Positions 1 through 16,357 of a stretch of DNA of 64,000 nucleotides are shown here, in pieces. Made by a program: the position numbers and the translations under genes. Origin of the DNA: the human T2T-CHM13v2.0 reference genome, Homo sapiens; the NCBI RefSeq assembly GCF_009914755.1, contig NC_060930.1. One strand, written 5' to 3'. The first letter of the stretch is position 1, and every line of letters begins with the position of its first letter. The notes under the pieces are model-generated. The model was not told the DNA's origin. It saw nothing but the letters and a program-made list of their open reading frames with translations, and made no database searches.

Positions 1-948
1 CCGAATATTGGACTTTGAAAAGAATTGATAGTAGATGCTGAATTTGGTATTGTTTTGTTCTTTACTCTTATAACTTGATTGACTCCCTTAATAAATCAGT
101 ATCCTAGTGCCATATCATAATTTACAAAATGATCAGAGGTGCTTTTGTAACACTTTCAGTGTTATTGATTTGCAAGAAGGATCAGCTGGAAGGCACAAAG
201 GATCCTGGCAAAATTCTGGTGAGAGGCGCCCGTCCTGCTGTGCAGGTGTCTCTTACGGCCCTCCTGATGAGATTGTCTTCGGCTTCTCTGCCTTCGCATC
301 TGATGCATCCCTCACTTGGTCACCTTTTCCCCTCTGTCAGCTGCTGTTAGGCAAAATCTCTTCCTTTGTCCAAGTATGATTCATTCTTCCATTTTTATGT
401 AATAAACTTTAAGTTAGCTCTTCAAATTTTATTTTATTTTTCCAACTTAACTCTCTTTGGCAGTCTTATTTTACCATATCCTTAAGCCTACATTTGTGCT
501 GCATTAAAAGCCAGCTGTAGTTCTGTGGTGAGGTTTATGTTAGCTCTGTGAATCTAGAAAAGAAATTGCCCTGAAGAGGAACTGCTGATAAAAATAAATC
601 ATAGTTAAGAATACTGGCCTCAGGCCAAGTATGGCTTAAAGCAGAGACCCATATTCCTCATGTAACCTAGTTGTATATGTATTTATGTCGATGACCTTAA
701 GGGGAAGTATCATTTTGAGTAGCTTAAAGATCAGTATGTTTCACTTTAGTAATGTTCTTTACATACTTTGATATAAAGTATTTAAATTCTTTAAAAAGGC
801 CCAGAGACTTGCAGATCATCTAGGCTGACCCTGTCATTTTTCATGTGTGAAAGCTGAGAGCTGGGAAATAAGTATTCAGTGTCTTTCACCTTACACAATA
901 ATTCATGGTTATGATGGTGACCTTGAGTCATAAGAAAAGGTTCTTCTT

Positions 949-1234
949 GGCGGAGTGTGGTGGCTCACACCTGTAATCCCAGCACTTTGGGAGGCCAAGG
1001 CAGGCGGATCACTTGAGGCCAGGAGTTTGAGACCAGCCTAGCCAACGTGGCGAAACCTCATCTCAACTAAAAATACAAAAATTTGCTGGGCATGGTGACG
1101 TGTGCCTGCAGTCCCAGCTACTTGGGAGGCTGAGGGATGAGAATCACTTGAACCTGGGAAGTGGAGAAGTGAGCCCAGGTAGCACTACTACACACCAGCC
1201 TGGGCAACAGAGCAAGGCTCCATCTCAAAAAAAA
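949..1234 (+). mobile_element. Alu SINE (AluS-like), full length
   Basis: Dimeric Alu sequence, A tail, degenerate TSD aaaagg/attc/attctt. Confidence 0.9.
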
Positions 1235-1293
1235 GATTATTCTTAATTATACTTTCAGAGTAAGCTTTTTATGAAACTAGGAGAGTCTGCAGG

Positions 1294-1586
1294 TTTTTGT
1301 TTTTGAGACAGGGTCTGGCTCTGTCTCCCAAGCTAGAATGCAGTAGCATGATACCAGCTCACTGCAGCTTCCACCTCTTGGGCTCAGGTGATCCTCCTAC
1401 CTCAGCCTCCAAGTTAGCTGAGACCACAGGTGTGCACCACACTGCTTGGCTAATTTTTGTATTTTTGGTAGAGATGGGGTTTTGCCATGTTGCCCAGACT
1501 GGTCTTGAACTCCTGAGCTCAAGCGATCTGCCCACCTCCACCTCCCAAAATGCTAGAATCACAGTTGTGAGCCACTGCGCCCAGCC
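1294..1586 (-). mobile_element. Alu SINE (AluJ-like), antisense
   Basis: ttttgagacagggtct...gccactgcgcccagcc; source of track ORF 1297..1650. Confidence 0.9.
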
Positions 1587-2819
1587 TTGTAGTACTTATT
1601 TTAAAAAGACCAAGAAAAATGATGAGGCTAAAGTTTTCCTGATGGTGTAGATCTTTGGAAAAGCTGAATAACCCAAATGCTATATATTCTATAGGAGTTT
1701 TCTTTCTGAAAAATATATATTTTTAAATTTCATCCATTTCGATTGTTGAGTTTTTGGGACTAAAGTGGCAAGCAGGAATGTGGGGAGGCCTTGCTGGGAA
1801 GGAGCCAGGCTATGTATATCTGTGCTGATGGATTAATAATTTCCACGTGGGCCCAGGAAGGAGGGAGGAAGCTTCATCATAGGTTACACGTCGTCTATTC
1901 TGGTTTTAGTAGTGCTAAAATCCTGTAACATATTTTTCAGTATATTTTACTTGTCGGTTGTGTAAATACTCCTTTTCATCTCTGAATGCTAATTTATTTG
2001 CACAAAAACAGCAGCAGGGAAGCCCTGTTGAAAATAAGGTATTAATTTTTATAACTCTCTTGGTAAATGTACCTTTGCATTATTTGGCCTCTGGCATTGT
2101 TTTGACCTGGCTTTACACAGTCCTTTATCTGGGCCTCCTGCCACCTCCCCACCCCACATTCTCCCTAGCCCCTGTTCCTCACTGGCAAGACCCCTCCTCA
2201 CCTGCCTGCTGTAAAGCCCTTACTCTGTCGCATCACCTGATTAACTTCTGTAATTGCACTCACCACCACCTGGAATTGCTTTGCGTGTTGATGGCTGTGT
2301 CTCCTCCTAAAACAATGCTTCTGAGAGAAGGAGAACATCTTGTTCCTGGCTTTTCACCACTATGTCCCCCTAGAACAGCATCCATGGTAATAACTGCCTA
2401 TTCAATATGTGTTGATAAAATATAAACATACCGGCTACCTAGCTTCAATCTGGTAGCTAGTCATTGGCTTTACCCACCCAGAGAATGCAGAATTTTAGAA
2501 TTGGCTCTGATGGCTTTAAGCAGAAAAAACTGGGCAGGCTATTAGGGGAAAATTCTTCCCCCAAACCGTGGTAGAGATTTAGAAAAAGTGTAATTAAGAC
2601 ATGAAAGGGATAAGCGTTGGCATTTTGCAAAATAAAGTTTAATTTGTAAATTTAAAAGTTTAATGATTGCCTGTTAAAGTATTGGCTTTTGGTTCTTTTA
2701 GCTGGGGCAGTAAACCTAGATGAAGTGAAGTTTTTTATTTAAAAGAAACTGTACTTTCTGTACTTTGAAAACTGAACTAGTAAGATTGAATTTATTTGGA
2801 AATGGCAGTGAAACTTGAA

Positions 2820-4540
2820 CTCTGTAAGCACCTCTTAGGTGGCAGATGCCGTGCTACCTGGTAAATGGCTGTGTCAGGTACTGTGCTGAGCAGGACTGAC
2901 AGGGAGCTTACAGTTTAGAGAATGCAGACATGTCCACAAGCAACGATAGTACAGCAGCCGTAAAATGATAGGGGAAGGGTAGTGTTATAAGGCCGTCCAT
3001 GGGAGGGATAGATACGTAACCGATTTTGCACGTCATAAAATGCTTCCCACTGGTGACATCTAAGCTGAGACCTGAAAGGTGAGTAGGATTTGGTCAGGTG
3101 AAGAAAGAGGGAAGGTTGTGACATGTTTATGGAATTGAAAATAGTTCAGGCCGGGTGTGGTAGCTCATGCCTGTAATCCCAGTACTTTGAGAGACCGCAG
3201 CAGTAGGATCACTTGAGCCCAGAAGTTTGAGGCTGCAGTAAGCTGTGATGCACCACTGCACTTCAGCCTGGGTGACAGTGAGACCTTGTCTCAAGAAAAG
3301 AAAAGAAAATAGTTCAATAAGTCTGGAATTTATCATTGAAGGTAAGAATTGTAAGTGATAAGGCCACGGAGGTGTTCAGGGTCAGGTGATCATATAATTT
3401 TTTAGTCCAAACTGGAATACTTTCAAGAAAAAAGAGGGTACAGTTAATTACACTGAGATAACAGGCATAAACTGGGGCTGGCCTGGATAGATGAGGATAC
3501 ATGGTCAGCCTCTTTATAAGCCATGCTTATTAACATTGGGGTTTATTTAGTGAACAGATAGATGTTGAGCACCTACTGTGTTCCAGGCATTGTGCTTGGG
3601 CTTTCTTGTAAGAGCTGTGGGAAGCACTGGAAGGTTTGAGTCAAGAGCGGCAATGCTTAGTGTGCATGTTCAAAAGGTCCTTGGCGCTGCAGGCGGAAGA
3701 TGAATTGGAGCAAGGCGCAGCAGGTGTGCAGAGGCTGGAGGAGGCTTTTGAAGTGAATGAAAATAATTAAAGATGACTTGGACTGTGGAACTCACACATG
3801 GGATGGAGAGAAGTGAGTAGATTGTAGCAGTATTTAGAAAGTAGATTTGCCAGGCCTTTCTTAGAGGTGGAAAGGAATGAGAGGAGGAGTCAAGAGTACC
3901 TTTCAGTTTCTTTTTGGGTGAGTGGATAGGAGAAGTTCCATCTAGAAGGCTGGGGAATGCTGGAGAGAAGGCAGGGTCTGTGCTGGAATGCTGATGAGGC
4001 CTTGCTTGGTGTGTTGTGTGCTCTTGGAACTGCATGCAGGAATCTGATAGGTGACAGATTTTCAAGTCTGAACCTCAGGAGGAAAGATCTAAGAAATGGA
4101 CTTGGGATTCATCAGTATAAAGATGGCAGGTGACGTTGTCAGAGTGGATGTTACCCAGGGAGAATGTCTAGAGTAAGAAGAGTGTAGGACCCTGGAAAAC
4201 ACAGACATTTACAGTGTGGCCTGGCTAATGCCTGGGCAAGGAGAGAAGGTGGAAAGGAAGGAAGAAAACCAGAGGAGGGCAGGTGTGGAGGGGCGAGGGG
4301 AGGAGAGTGTTTCAAGAAGGAAGAGTGGACAGCAATGTCAGACGCAGTCAGGCAGTCAGGTGGGTTGAGGGCCTAGCATGGTGATTGGATTTAGCAGTAA
4401 GAAAGCTGCCGGTATCCTTGGCCAGAGCTGTTTCAGTGGTGTCAGTGTGGGCAAGGCTTGACTAGTGCAGGGTGAAGAGTGAGTAGCAGATGAAGTAGAC
4501 CCGGGGCATGTGGAAAACTTCTCTGAAATTTGAATTTCTT
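2820..4540 (-). mobile_element. Degraded L2 LINE fragments (interrupted by an Alu monomer)
   Basis: ttgagcacctactgtgttccaggcattgtgct and purine-rich L2-antisense-type sequence; boundaries approximate. Confidence 0.6.
3149..3304 (+). mobile_element. Alu monomer (FRAM-like)
   Basis: Single-arm Alu with perfect 12-bp TSD gaaaatagttca at 3137-3148 and 3305-3316. Confidence 0.88.
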
Positions 4541-5157
4541 GATGTTAAGAGAAGGTATTATTCAAAGGAATATGTGGGGTTGAGGGATGGTTTCTTCTTC
4601 CTTTTTAAGGATGTGACAGACAGGTGGGTTAAACACTAATGGGAAGGAGAGCGTGGCGAAGTTGTAATCAGTGCGTGGATGGGAGGAGTAACCAACAGTC
4701 CCAGTGCAACTGGGTGGGCTCACATGCACATTATCTTTCGAGTTTGCTGGGGGAGTCTCTTCCCTTGGCTTCTCTTTTTTTTCCACTTTCTGAAGTTGGG
4801 GTAAAGGTCATGGGCCTGTTATGTAACCCCCAAGAGCTCCCTTAAACAAAAATTTGATAGTGGTGTTTCATTGTCAAGCTCCGTACATCTGATAATGCTT
4901 GGTGACTGTATTTAAAATATTTTATTTTTCCTGAAGGCTCCTGGCAGGTCACTTTTAAGAGCATATATCTTCTTTGCCTTTTCAGCTCATGGCACTGCTG
5001 GCTGCCAGGGGCTGGGCCTGTGCTGGGGTGCACCAGCTGTCAGCTGAATAAGGCTAACGCCATAGAAGGAAGGAGCATGCAGTTAGGATACCATTCTGGT
5101 TTATTCCACAATTGTACATTTTTACTTATTTCTATGGTCTTTTGAAAATAGTGATAA

Positions 5158-5519
<362 letters not shown>

Positions 5520-5532
5520 AAAATAGTGGTAA

Positions 5533-6410
<878 letters not shown>

Positions 6411-6762
6411 ATTGATTTAGTTTGACTTCTGTTGTTTAAAGAAGTATATCTGAATTTTACACATACTCCAAAACTGTAATTATTTGAATTAATTGGAGTA
6501 GAAATTAATTTGAAATAATGAAATGTCTGATTACTGGACATCAAAAGCTGCTTTGCATTAGGCCATGGTTCTCAGAATTCACAATCCTCCTTTCCATTTT
6601 TTCCTCCCTCCCTCCCTTCCTCCTCTCGCTACCATGGTCACTCTCAGCTTCACAATAAGCACGTGTATCTTAGGGCATTTGAACTTCAAATACTACAGCA
6701 CCTCACACGTAAGAACTCTGTAACAGTAGACCTCTATTTCCCTTTCCTGTCCTATGTGCTAC

Positions 6763-7052
6763 TTTTTTGTTTTTTTGAGACAGGGTCTTGCTTTGTTGCC
6801 CAGGCAGGAGGGCAGTGGCGTAATCACAGCTCACTGCAGCCTCAACCTCCTGTTTAAGCGATCCTCCCACTTCTACCTGCCAAGTAGCTAGGACTACAGA
6901 TGCAGACCACCATGCCCGGCTAATTTTTGTATTTGTAGAGACAGGGTCTCTCCACGGTGCCCTGGCTGGTCTTAAATTCCTGAGTTTGTGCGATCTGTCC
7001 ACCTCGGCCTCCAAAATGCTGGGGTTACAGGCATGAGCCACTGTGCCTGGCC
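6763..7052 (-). mobile_element. Alu SINE (AluJ-like), antisense
   Basis: Alu consensus in reverse with J-type diagnostics. Confidence 0.88.
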
Positions 7053-7059
7053 TTTGTAT

Positions 7060-7770
7060 TTTTGTCATACATTTTATTTCCCAGTATTATAGACTCCAGA
7101 ATATGTTGTTGTTATTGTTTTAAAAGTCAGTTATCTTCTTAGTTTTCTTTCAGAAAAATTAAATGGTGAGTTTTTTTGTTTGTTTGTTTGTTTGTTTTGC
7201 ATGGCCCATGTATTTACCATTCCTGGTGCTCTTCCTTCTTTTGTGTGGATTCAGTTTTCCATCTAGTATCATTTTCGTTCTGGTAAAAGCATGTTTGACA
7301 TTTCCTGTAGTATTGCTTTGCTGGTGACACATTCTTCCTCAGCTTTTGTCTGAAATGCCTTTATTTCACCATCATTTTTGAAGGATGTTTTTGCTGGGTA
7401 TAGAATTCTAGGTTGGTAGTTTTTGTTATTTTTCAGCATTTTTAAGGTGACATTTGGCTTGTACATGTTGTTCTTGAGAATTCTGCAGTTATTCTTTGTT
7501 CCACTGTATGTAATAATATATGTTTTTCTCCTTTCTCTGATTTTAAGGTTTTTCTCTTTGTTGCTGATATTCTGAAACTTGACTATGATGTGTCTTTGTG
7601 TGGTTTTCTTTGTGGTTTTTTTCCTGTGGAATTTATTCAACTTCTGGGATCTGTAGGTTATAGTTTTCACAAATTGGAAATTTTTGACATTACTTCTTCA
7701 GACACTTTTTCTGTCTTCCCCTCCATCATTCTGGGATTTGAATTACATGTATACAGTAACTGTTGTTGTT
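7060..7770 (-). mobile_element. Old L1 ORF1 remnant
   Basis: Track ORF 7269..7670(-) contains RHIIVKF and QPRILYPAK.SFK.DGEIK.F, which are L1 ORF1p motifs. Confidence 0.85.
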
Positions 7771-9875
7771 TCATAGGTGACTAACTGGGTAGGGGAATGT
7801 CTGGTTCCCTTACTATCCGGTGAAGTAGCAGAACCACCTTTTGTAGGAATCAGTTATCAGGCCCTTTACTTTCCCTTGAACTCTAGGCTAGTTCCAGAAC
7901 CTTTGGTGGACTGGAAAGAGGAAATAGTTATGCCACAATTTTTAGTACATGCAAATGTACATGTAATGTTTAAAAAAAAAAACAACAAAGGTGGTGATAG
8001 CCTGCATTTACTGGGCCATATGTGCCGGTCCCTATTCTATGGGCTTTATTTTTATTACTTCATTTCTCCTTTGTGTCACAAGGCACAGGCAGTTTGAGAC
8101 CAAGACTTTAAGGAATTGGTCCAAGTTTTCAAGACTGGTGAAACAGTGGTGTGGGGATTTGAACCTATGTGCCTGGCTTCAAAGCCAGCTTATCATTGGT
8201 ATGTTGCCAGTAATTCCATTTCCTCCCCCTTTGGGGAAGAAGTGAGACCTTGTAAATACACACACTGGTGAGGGTGTGGGAGATGGGTACTCTCAACTGG
8301 GAGTAAGTTTCTGCCAGTTGTCTCTGGGGTTTGGTATTTGCTACTGTTTGATTTTAAACTTTACTATATTTGTATTCCTGTCTCCCCACCCCCAGTGAGC
8401 ATGCAGTTTTACAATTGGGAAAAGCAATAAAGCTATTTTAATTTGGGGGCTGGTGGTGAAGTTATTTTCTTAGCCACAGCAAAGTAAGTTTTAATGTGCC
8501 TTGCCCTAGGCGTTAAATAGTGGGTTAGTAACCTTGCAGCTGTGATAAAGAACAAAGTAGCTATGCTGATGTGAAGAGTCCTAAGAGAAAATATGAATAA
8601 ATAAAAGTCCTAAATAAATGAAATGTAGAAGAGCACATAAGAAATGTTAAGAGTATGTAAGCATATACTGTGATTCTAATTGCTTCTGTGCATGTGTGTG
8701 CTTTGACTAGTTGTGTACATGCAAACACGTATGGCAAATTTATAACATTTTGAGGGATATTTTAAAAATCAGCACTAATGCCCTTTGGCACTTTTAGAAA
8801 CTGTTCTTTTTAACTTCATTGTGTTGCTTTTGTTGTTGTATTAATAAAAGTGTAGGTATGTATTTATATACACTGAAATTATTGGTTCTCAGAATGAAAA
8901 GTCTAGGAATATGGTTTACCCCCTTTTATGTGGCCTTTAATGCAGATTCTGTTTGCCATCTAATCTGCTTTTTAGTTACACTTTGGAGTGTTTTGTGCTT
9001 TGTTATAATCAGGGAAGCATTCTTTCATAAATTTTGATGTTTGCAACATGACTCTGAGCATCCTAGGTAGAGACAATCCAAGACAGTGCTTTAAATTTTT
9101 AATTTTTTTGACGGGATAATAGGTTCATGTTAAAAAAAAAAAAAACCCCCACAACACTACAAAAGGGCAAAAAAACCCCACTGAAAATTCCTCTCCTATC
9201 TCTCCTCTCCTTTAGCCATCTTCTTTCCTCAGGGGCAGTGTTACCCATTTCTTTTACATTGTTACCGAGATTTCCTGTGCATACACAAGCAAATGCATGT
9301 ACTGCATCGCTGGGCCCTCTTTCTTACACAAGTGGTGTGCCTGATTTGTTTTCTCACTTAATACATATATATTAGAGATCATTCCACACCAGAAAAGTAA
9401 GCAAATCTTGTTCTTTTGGCTGCGGTATAGTACTCCGTTTCGCAGAGATCCCATACTTGATGAACTAGTCCTGCCTTTTAGGTTGTGTTTGGTCTTTTGC
9501 TATTCTGGGTGGCATTGCAGTAAATATGAATAACCATGTATATATGTCAGTTTGCAAAAGTCTATTTCTAGAGGATAAGTTCCTAGACTTTCTCGTTAAG
9601 ATACATGTGTGTTTGTAATCCTGATAGGCATTACCAAATTGCCTCTTCTGTTAGCGCGATGTAAGGATACCTGTTTCCCTAAACCTTATGCCCTTACCAG
9701 CATGGTGTTAGCAGAGTTTTGCTTTCGTTTTTTGGTAGACTGATAGGTGAAAAATAAACTGTTTCATTTTATATTCTTTTCTGAGTACAGTTTTACATTT
9801 TAAAAACCATTCTTTTCTTACTGACTCGTACTCTTTATATAGAGTAGCAGGAGCAATCTTTAGTCTGTGTTATGA

Positions 9876-10286
<411 letters not shown>

Positions 10287-12029
10287 TGAAGAGACATTTC
10301 TCCCATTCTCCCTGTAAAAGACTTGTCGATTTTATTTCATAAAGTCTCCTCTACTGCAAGAGTATTTTTAGAAATTCTCCTAAGATTTTCTTTGGTGTTT
10401 TTTATGGTTTTTTAAAAAGACATTTTATTGTGGAGCATGCCAAACACATTCAGAAGTAGAAGAGTATAATAAAGCTGTTTGTAACCATTATCCACCTTTG
10501 GCAACTAACCAGCTCATAGCCTTATTTCATCAAGACCCCATCAGTGTCTCTTGCTCCTGCATTATTTTTGAAGAAATGGCAGGTATTTTAACACTTCATC
10601 TGTAAGTATTTTCATGTATACCTCTAAAGATGGGGAGGAAAGAGGAAAGTCTTTTAAGAATATAACCACAATGCTGCTTTGATCCCTAAAAAATGAATAC
10701 TTTTAAATATCACAGTCCTTTAAGAATTCAAATTTCATAATCATTTCTGCAGTTGGACTCAGAATCCTAATAAAGTCTGCATATTACTATCACGATCAAT
10801 CTTCTCTTCATTTATAGGTTCCCTTACCTCACTCCCAACCCTTATCCCCTACTTGTTTTGTCTTTGGGACGTATTTGTTGGGATGGATTTCTGTAGTACC
10901 TTGATTTCTTACCTTACCCTCATTACATAGTTTAATATATTCTTTTGTATTTCTTGTTACTAGGATTTAGAGGGTGAATAGATTCACATTCTTTTTTTTT
11001 CAAGTATATTTCATAAGCAGGATTGTATTCCATCAGAAGGCAAGTAATGTCTGCTTGTCTTTGTGATGCACTATGCTTAGATGAATTAAATCTTTGGGGA
11101 TTGAAAAAAATGATCTCATTCTATTATTCCTTCATTTATCAGCTGAAATGCTTGTAAAAGAGAAACTTTTATCTACTACTTGGTTACTTAATAGTACAGT
11201 TCTTAAAGGATAAATGGTTGATTTTTTTGCCTTTATTTACCAGTTGTCAAAATGAATTCATTTCCTACCATTCTATAATGATGACCAATTAGTTTTATCA
11301 TCATGAACTCATGAGTTTAAGCAAATTTAATGTTTCAGTCCATTGTGGTCATTATCCCTATTGATGCTTGTATTCTTCCACATTTGGACAGCAAGCTCAT
11401 CTTCAGGTTGGTACCTGTGTCTTTTTGACACAACCAGTAGGCTTTGCTAGTAGTGTCTTTGATAATCTGATAGGAAAAGATGTTCCAGGCCCATCTTGTA
11501 TGTTTTATATGGGATTCTTGTTTTTTCCCACTGAAACCTGGAGTCAACTATTTCTCTAAGTAAATCTGGTTCCTTTTAATGAAAAATGCTGCTCGGAATT
11601 CCCAATCTGGGCACTAGATATGTGATTACCTTTTTTAAAAAAAAATTAATCTTTGACCCATTATATGATTTATTTTGTTGGGAGAAGTGAGGTAGGAATT
11701 CATTTTTTTCCTTCAGATAGTTACTTATTTGTTCTAAAACAATAAAATGCCATCTTTATCATGTTACCTACGTTTCTATATGTCTTTGGGACTTGTTGTG
11801 GACTTCGTACTTTTCTAGTTTTTCCTTGTTTTTTTTTTTTCCATGAAAAAGATTGGGGGCCATTCTTGTTTGTTTATATGTCCAATTGAATTTTAGGATT
11901 AGTTTGTCCTGTTTCAGAAAAAAAAAATCCTATTTGTATTTTTATTAGAATTATTGAAGGAGAGGGGAGAGGTGCTATTGATGATATTGGGGCTTCTCAT
12001 CTAAAAATATGGGGAGACTCTTTGAATCC

Positions 12030-12790
<761 letters not shown>

Positions 12791-12799
12791 CTACCTTGA

Positions 12800-13155
12800 T
12801 GTATTAGCATGTTCTCACACTGCTAGTAAAGACATACCTGAGACTGGGTAATTTATAAAGAAAAGAGATTTAATGGACTCACAATTCCACATGGCTGGGG
12901 AGGCCTCACAATCATGGTGGAAGGCAAAGGAGAAGCAAAGGGACATCTTACATGGCAGCAGGCAAGAGAGCTTGTGCAGGGGGACTCCCCTTTATAAAAC
13001 CATCAGATCTCATGAGACTTACTCACTACCACGAGAACAGTATGGGGGATACCACCCCCATGATTCAGTTATCTCCACCTGGCCCTGCCCTTGACACATG
13101 CAGATTATTACAATTCAGGGTGAGATTTGGGTGGAGACACAGCCAAACCATATCA
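12800..13155 (-). mobile_element. THE1 (MaLR) solo LTR
   Basis: tgtattag...gagactgggtaatttataaagaaaagag...ggaggcctcacaatcatgg...cagccaaaccatatca; ~355 bp with TG..CA ends. Confidence 0.88.
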
Positions 13156-14104
13156 CATACTCTCCATTTTTTCCAATTTTCTGTGTTATTTAAGAAATTC
13201 TAAAGTTTTTTTCCAGATAGGTTTTACACATTTCTTAAGTTTATTCCTAAATATTTCATCTTCCGCCATTACTGTACATGATGTCTTTTTCCTCTCATTT
13301 TAATTTAGAATTCTTGGACAGGTGACATACACACACACAGTTAAAATTAAATGATATGAAAAGAAATATAATGAGAAACGTCACTTCCACTTGTGTTATC
13401 ACTGAGTTTCTTCTCCCATGTTTCTAGGTGACCAATTTAAAATTAATTTCTTGTTTTATTTAATGTTTCTTTATGGAAATACTGGCAAATATAAATATTC
13501 TGCTCATGAAAAAGGTGTAGCATGCTATATGCCCTGTTCCATAAGTTACCTTTTTTGACCATGTATTCATTCCATGTCTGAGTATATAGATTGTTCTCAT
13601 TCTCTTGTTGCTATATAATATTCCATTTTGGCAGCATAGCCTGGTTTATTTAATCAGTTGCCTGTTAGTAGAAGCTATATTGGGGTAGCATTCCTTAGCA
13701 TCAGATTTGCAGAAATCGAAAAGTGGAGTGATTTATTCTGTTTGTGAAGCTGTAGAAAAATGTTACTTTCGTATATAATACTGGTAGAAGTTTAAATAGT
13801 ACAACCCCAAATTGTGGCCGTGGGGATCTGGCAATGTCTGCCAGATTAATTTGTCTCTCTTAGTGTGTGAGATTGAGCGTTTTGTCATGCATTTAAGGGC
13901 CATTGTATTCTTTAATGAACTGTTTGTTCCTCTGCCCATTTTTGTATTAGGTTGCTGGTCTTTTTCTTGAGTTCCAGAAACTCTTTATGTATCAGAAGAT
14001 TAACACTTTGTGATATGAATTGAAAATACTCTTTCCTTTATGACTTCTGCTGTATGTTAAGACTAGTGATTTTTACATAATAATTTTGTTCCGGGTCATG
14101 TTAT

Positions 14105-14315
14105 AGGAGTCAGCAAATTTTGGCCCATGAACAAAATCTAGCCTGTCATGTGCAGTTTGTAAATAAAGTTCCACTGGAACGTGGCCATATCCATTTGTTT
14201 ATATATTGTCTGTGGTGGCTTTTGCACTGCGGCAGCAGAGACAGACTGAATGGCCTGCAAACTCGAAAATATTTACTATCTGGTCCTGTACAGAAAAAGG
14301 AAAAGCAACCCCTCA
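14105..14315. mobile_element. MER58A-like hAT-Charlie DNA transposon
   Basis: gtcagcaaatttt...tttgtaaataaagt...aaaatatttactatctgg...aacccct resembles recalled consensus. Confidence 0.75.
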
Positions 14316-14379
14316 TTTAAAGCAATAAAATCAAAGTGTTTTGTATGATACAGCCATTTTGACATGGCCTTAAAAAAAT

Positions 14380-14600
14380 AGCCTAGGCAACATAGTGAGA
14401 TCTCGTCTCTTTAAAAAAATTAAAAAATAAAATATTAGCCAGGAGTGGTGGCATGTGCCTGTAGTCCTGTCTATCAGGAGGCTGAGGCAGGAGAATTGCT
14501 TGAGCCCAGGAGTTCAAGGCTGCAGTGAGCCATGATTGCACCACTGCCCTCCAGCTTGGGTGACAGAGCAAGATGCGGTCTCTCAAATACAATAAAATAT
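14380..14600 (+). mobile_element. 5'-truncated AluJ-like SINE
   Basis: End of left arm plus right arm with caggagttcaaggctgcagtgagc. Confidence 0.85.
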
Positions 14601-15826
14601 CCAATTAAATTCAAGTTTTGTGTGTTTAATTATGAAGTAAGGCACAGCACAGGCAGTCACACGTAGGTTTCAGAAGTATCTGTTTTGACACATTACTTGG
14701 TAATCGTGATGGTACATGTGATATGGCCAGTTGATGCCACCACATCAAATCACTGTTAAGATATCTTTGTCTAATTGTTCTTGTGTGCACCGCATATAGA
14801 AGCTTTGATCTGGGTGAGTGTGGGTAGAATGACTCTTAAAATCATCCCAATCTCTAGAAGTTTGGTTACAGTGTAGCCTCAGTTTGTATTTCCTGTGGTC
14901 TTAAGTACTTTCCAGAGCTGTTCTGCACGAGTGAACTACAGAGAGAGGGAGAGCAGTTTGGAAGAGTATGGTACAATTTGATTTATGTATTTTAAGTACT
15001 CAGAACTCTGCTCCCCTAGAATTGTACAGTCGCCTTTTGTTACACTCAGATTTAAGTTTACACTAAGTATTTCTTGGGAATTTGTAATTCTACTCAGGGA
15101 ATTTCTATTTACATTTCTGTTTGACTTGGAAATTTCCCAAACTGCTTGTCTAATTGACCATCAGTTTAAAAAATTCCTCTAAGTGCATTTGTTTCAGAAT
15201 AACAGATATAAACCTATTTTAGGAAAAAACATTTTTAAAGAACATATCAATTTACCAGTAGTTTATTCTTGAAAATTTTACATACAGAATATTTAAAAAT
15301 TTTTATTCATTCTCAATTGCTGCTACCAATTCTTTTTAGAAATTTCTTCTGTTTGGAAAAGATCTTTTGCTAGAACAACTGTTAAAATGTTCTATCATCT
15401 TGACTATACTTTTGAATGGATTATTAAAGAAATTGCTTCTCAACATTTAAGGAAACTTCATTTCCTTCTTTGGAAATTTTAAGAGCAACATTCTGAGAAC
15501 ATGATAATTAATTGACCCGCATCCCCTTGGAGCTTCTTATCTGGTGCAGCTGACTTGGCCCTGCCATAGTTTAACAGTTTGAATAATGACACTGGTGAAA
15601 CTGTAGAAAGCGTGCTCATCAGGCTTTCCGATGACTCCCAGCAAGAAAAGATAAGGGAGAATTGGATGATGGCTTCAGAATTCAGAAAGCTCTTAATAGG
15701 TTGGAGCAGTGGGTTGAATCTAATAGCTTGAAATTTTATAGCGATAACTATAATATTCTGTATTTAGTTCACATAACAGTGGAGTAAGCGCAAGGTTGAG
15801 CAAAAGCTGTGGAAATCACTGATATG

Positions 15827-16357
15827 CAGTAGTCCCCCTTTAGTGACGGGGGATATGTTCCGAGACCTCCAGGGATGCCTGCAACCAAGGATAATACCAA
15901 ACCTTATGTGTGTACTATGTTTTTTCTATATATGCCTATGACAAAGTTAATTTATAAATTAGATACAGTAAGAGATGCACAAGAATAACTAATAATAAAA
16001 TAGAACAGTTATTATAGTATGCCAGCAACACCACTCTTGTGCATCAGGGTCATTATTAAGTAAAATAAGGATGACCTGAAGATGAGCACTGCCATACCTG
16101 ATAGTCAGTCTACTAAATGGGACGGCTACTACATGACAGTCAGGTGGGCAGTGTCTATGGTGTAGAGATGCTGGACAAAGGGATGATTCATGTCCTGAGT
16201 GGGAGAGTGTGAGATTGCATCATGCTACTCAGAATGGCATGGACTCTAAAACTGATAAATTGTTTATTTCTGGAATTTTCTATTTAATATTTTCCAACTG
16301 CATTTGATAGCAGTTCACTGAAACCGAGGAACGTGAAACTGTGGAGGAGGGACTACT
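15827..16357. mobile_element. MER44/Tigger7-family DNA transposon
   Basis: Terminal inverted repeats cagtagtccccc ... gggactact; internal MER44-like sequence. Confidence 0.75.

Noticed and set aside
107-379. Overlapping short ORFs and a TGATGA box-C-like motif at ~265 (possible snoRNA or exon)
   Set aside because: No recognisable protein, no convincing terminal stem or guide sequence; cannot be supported without a covariance-model search.
7269-7670. 133-aa Lys-rich minus-strand ORF as a novel gene
   Set aside because: It is a degraded L1 ORF1p fragment.
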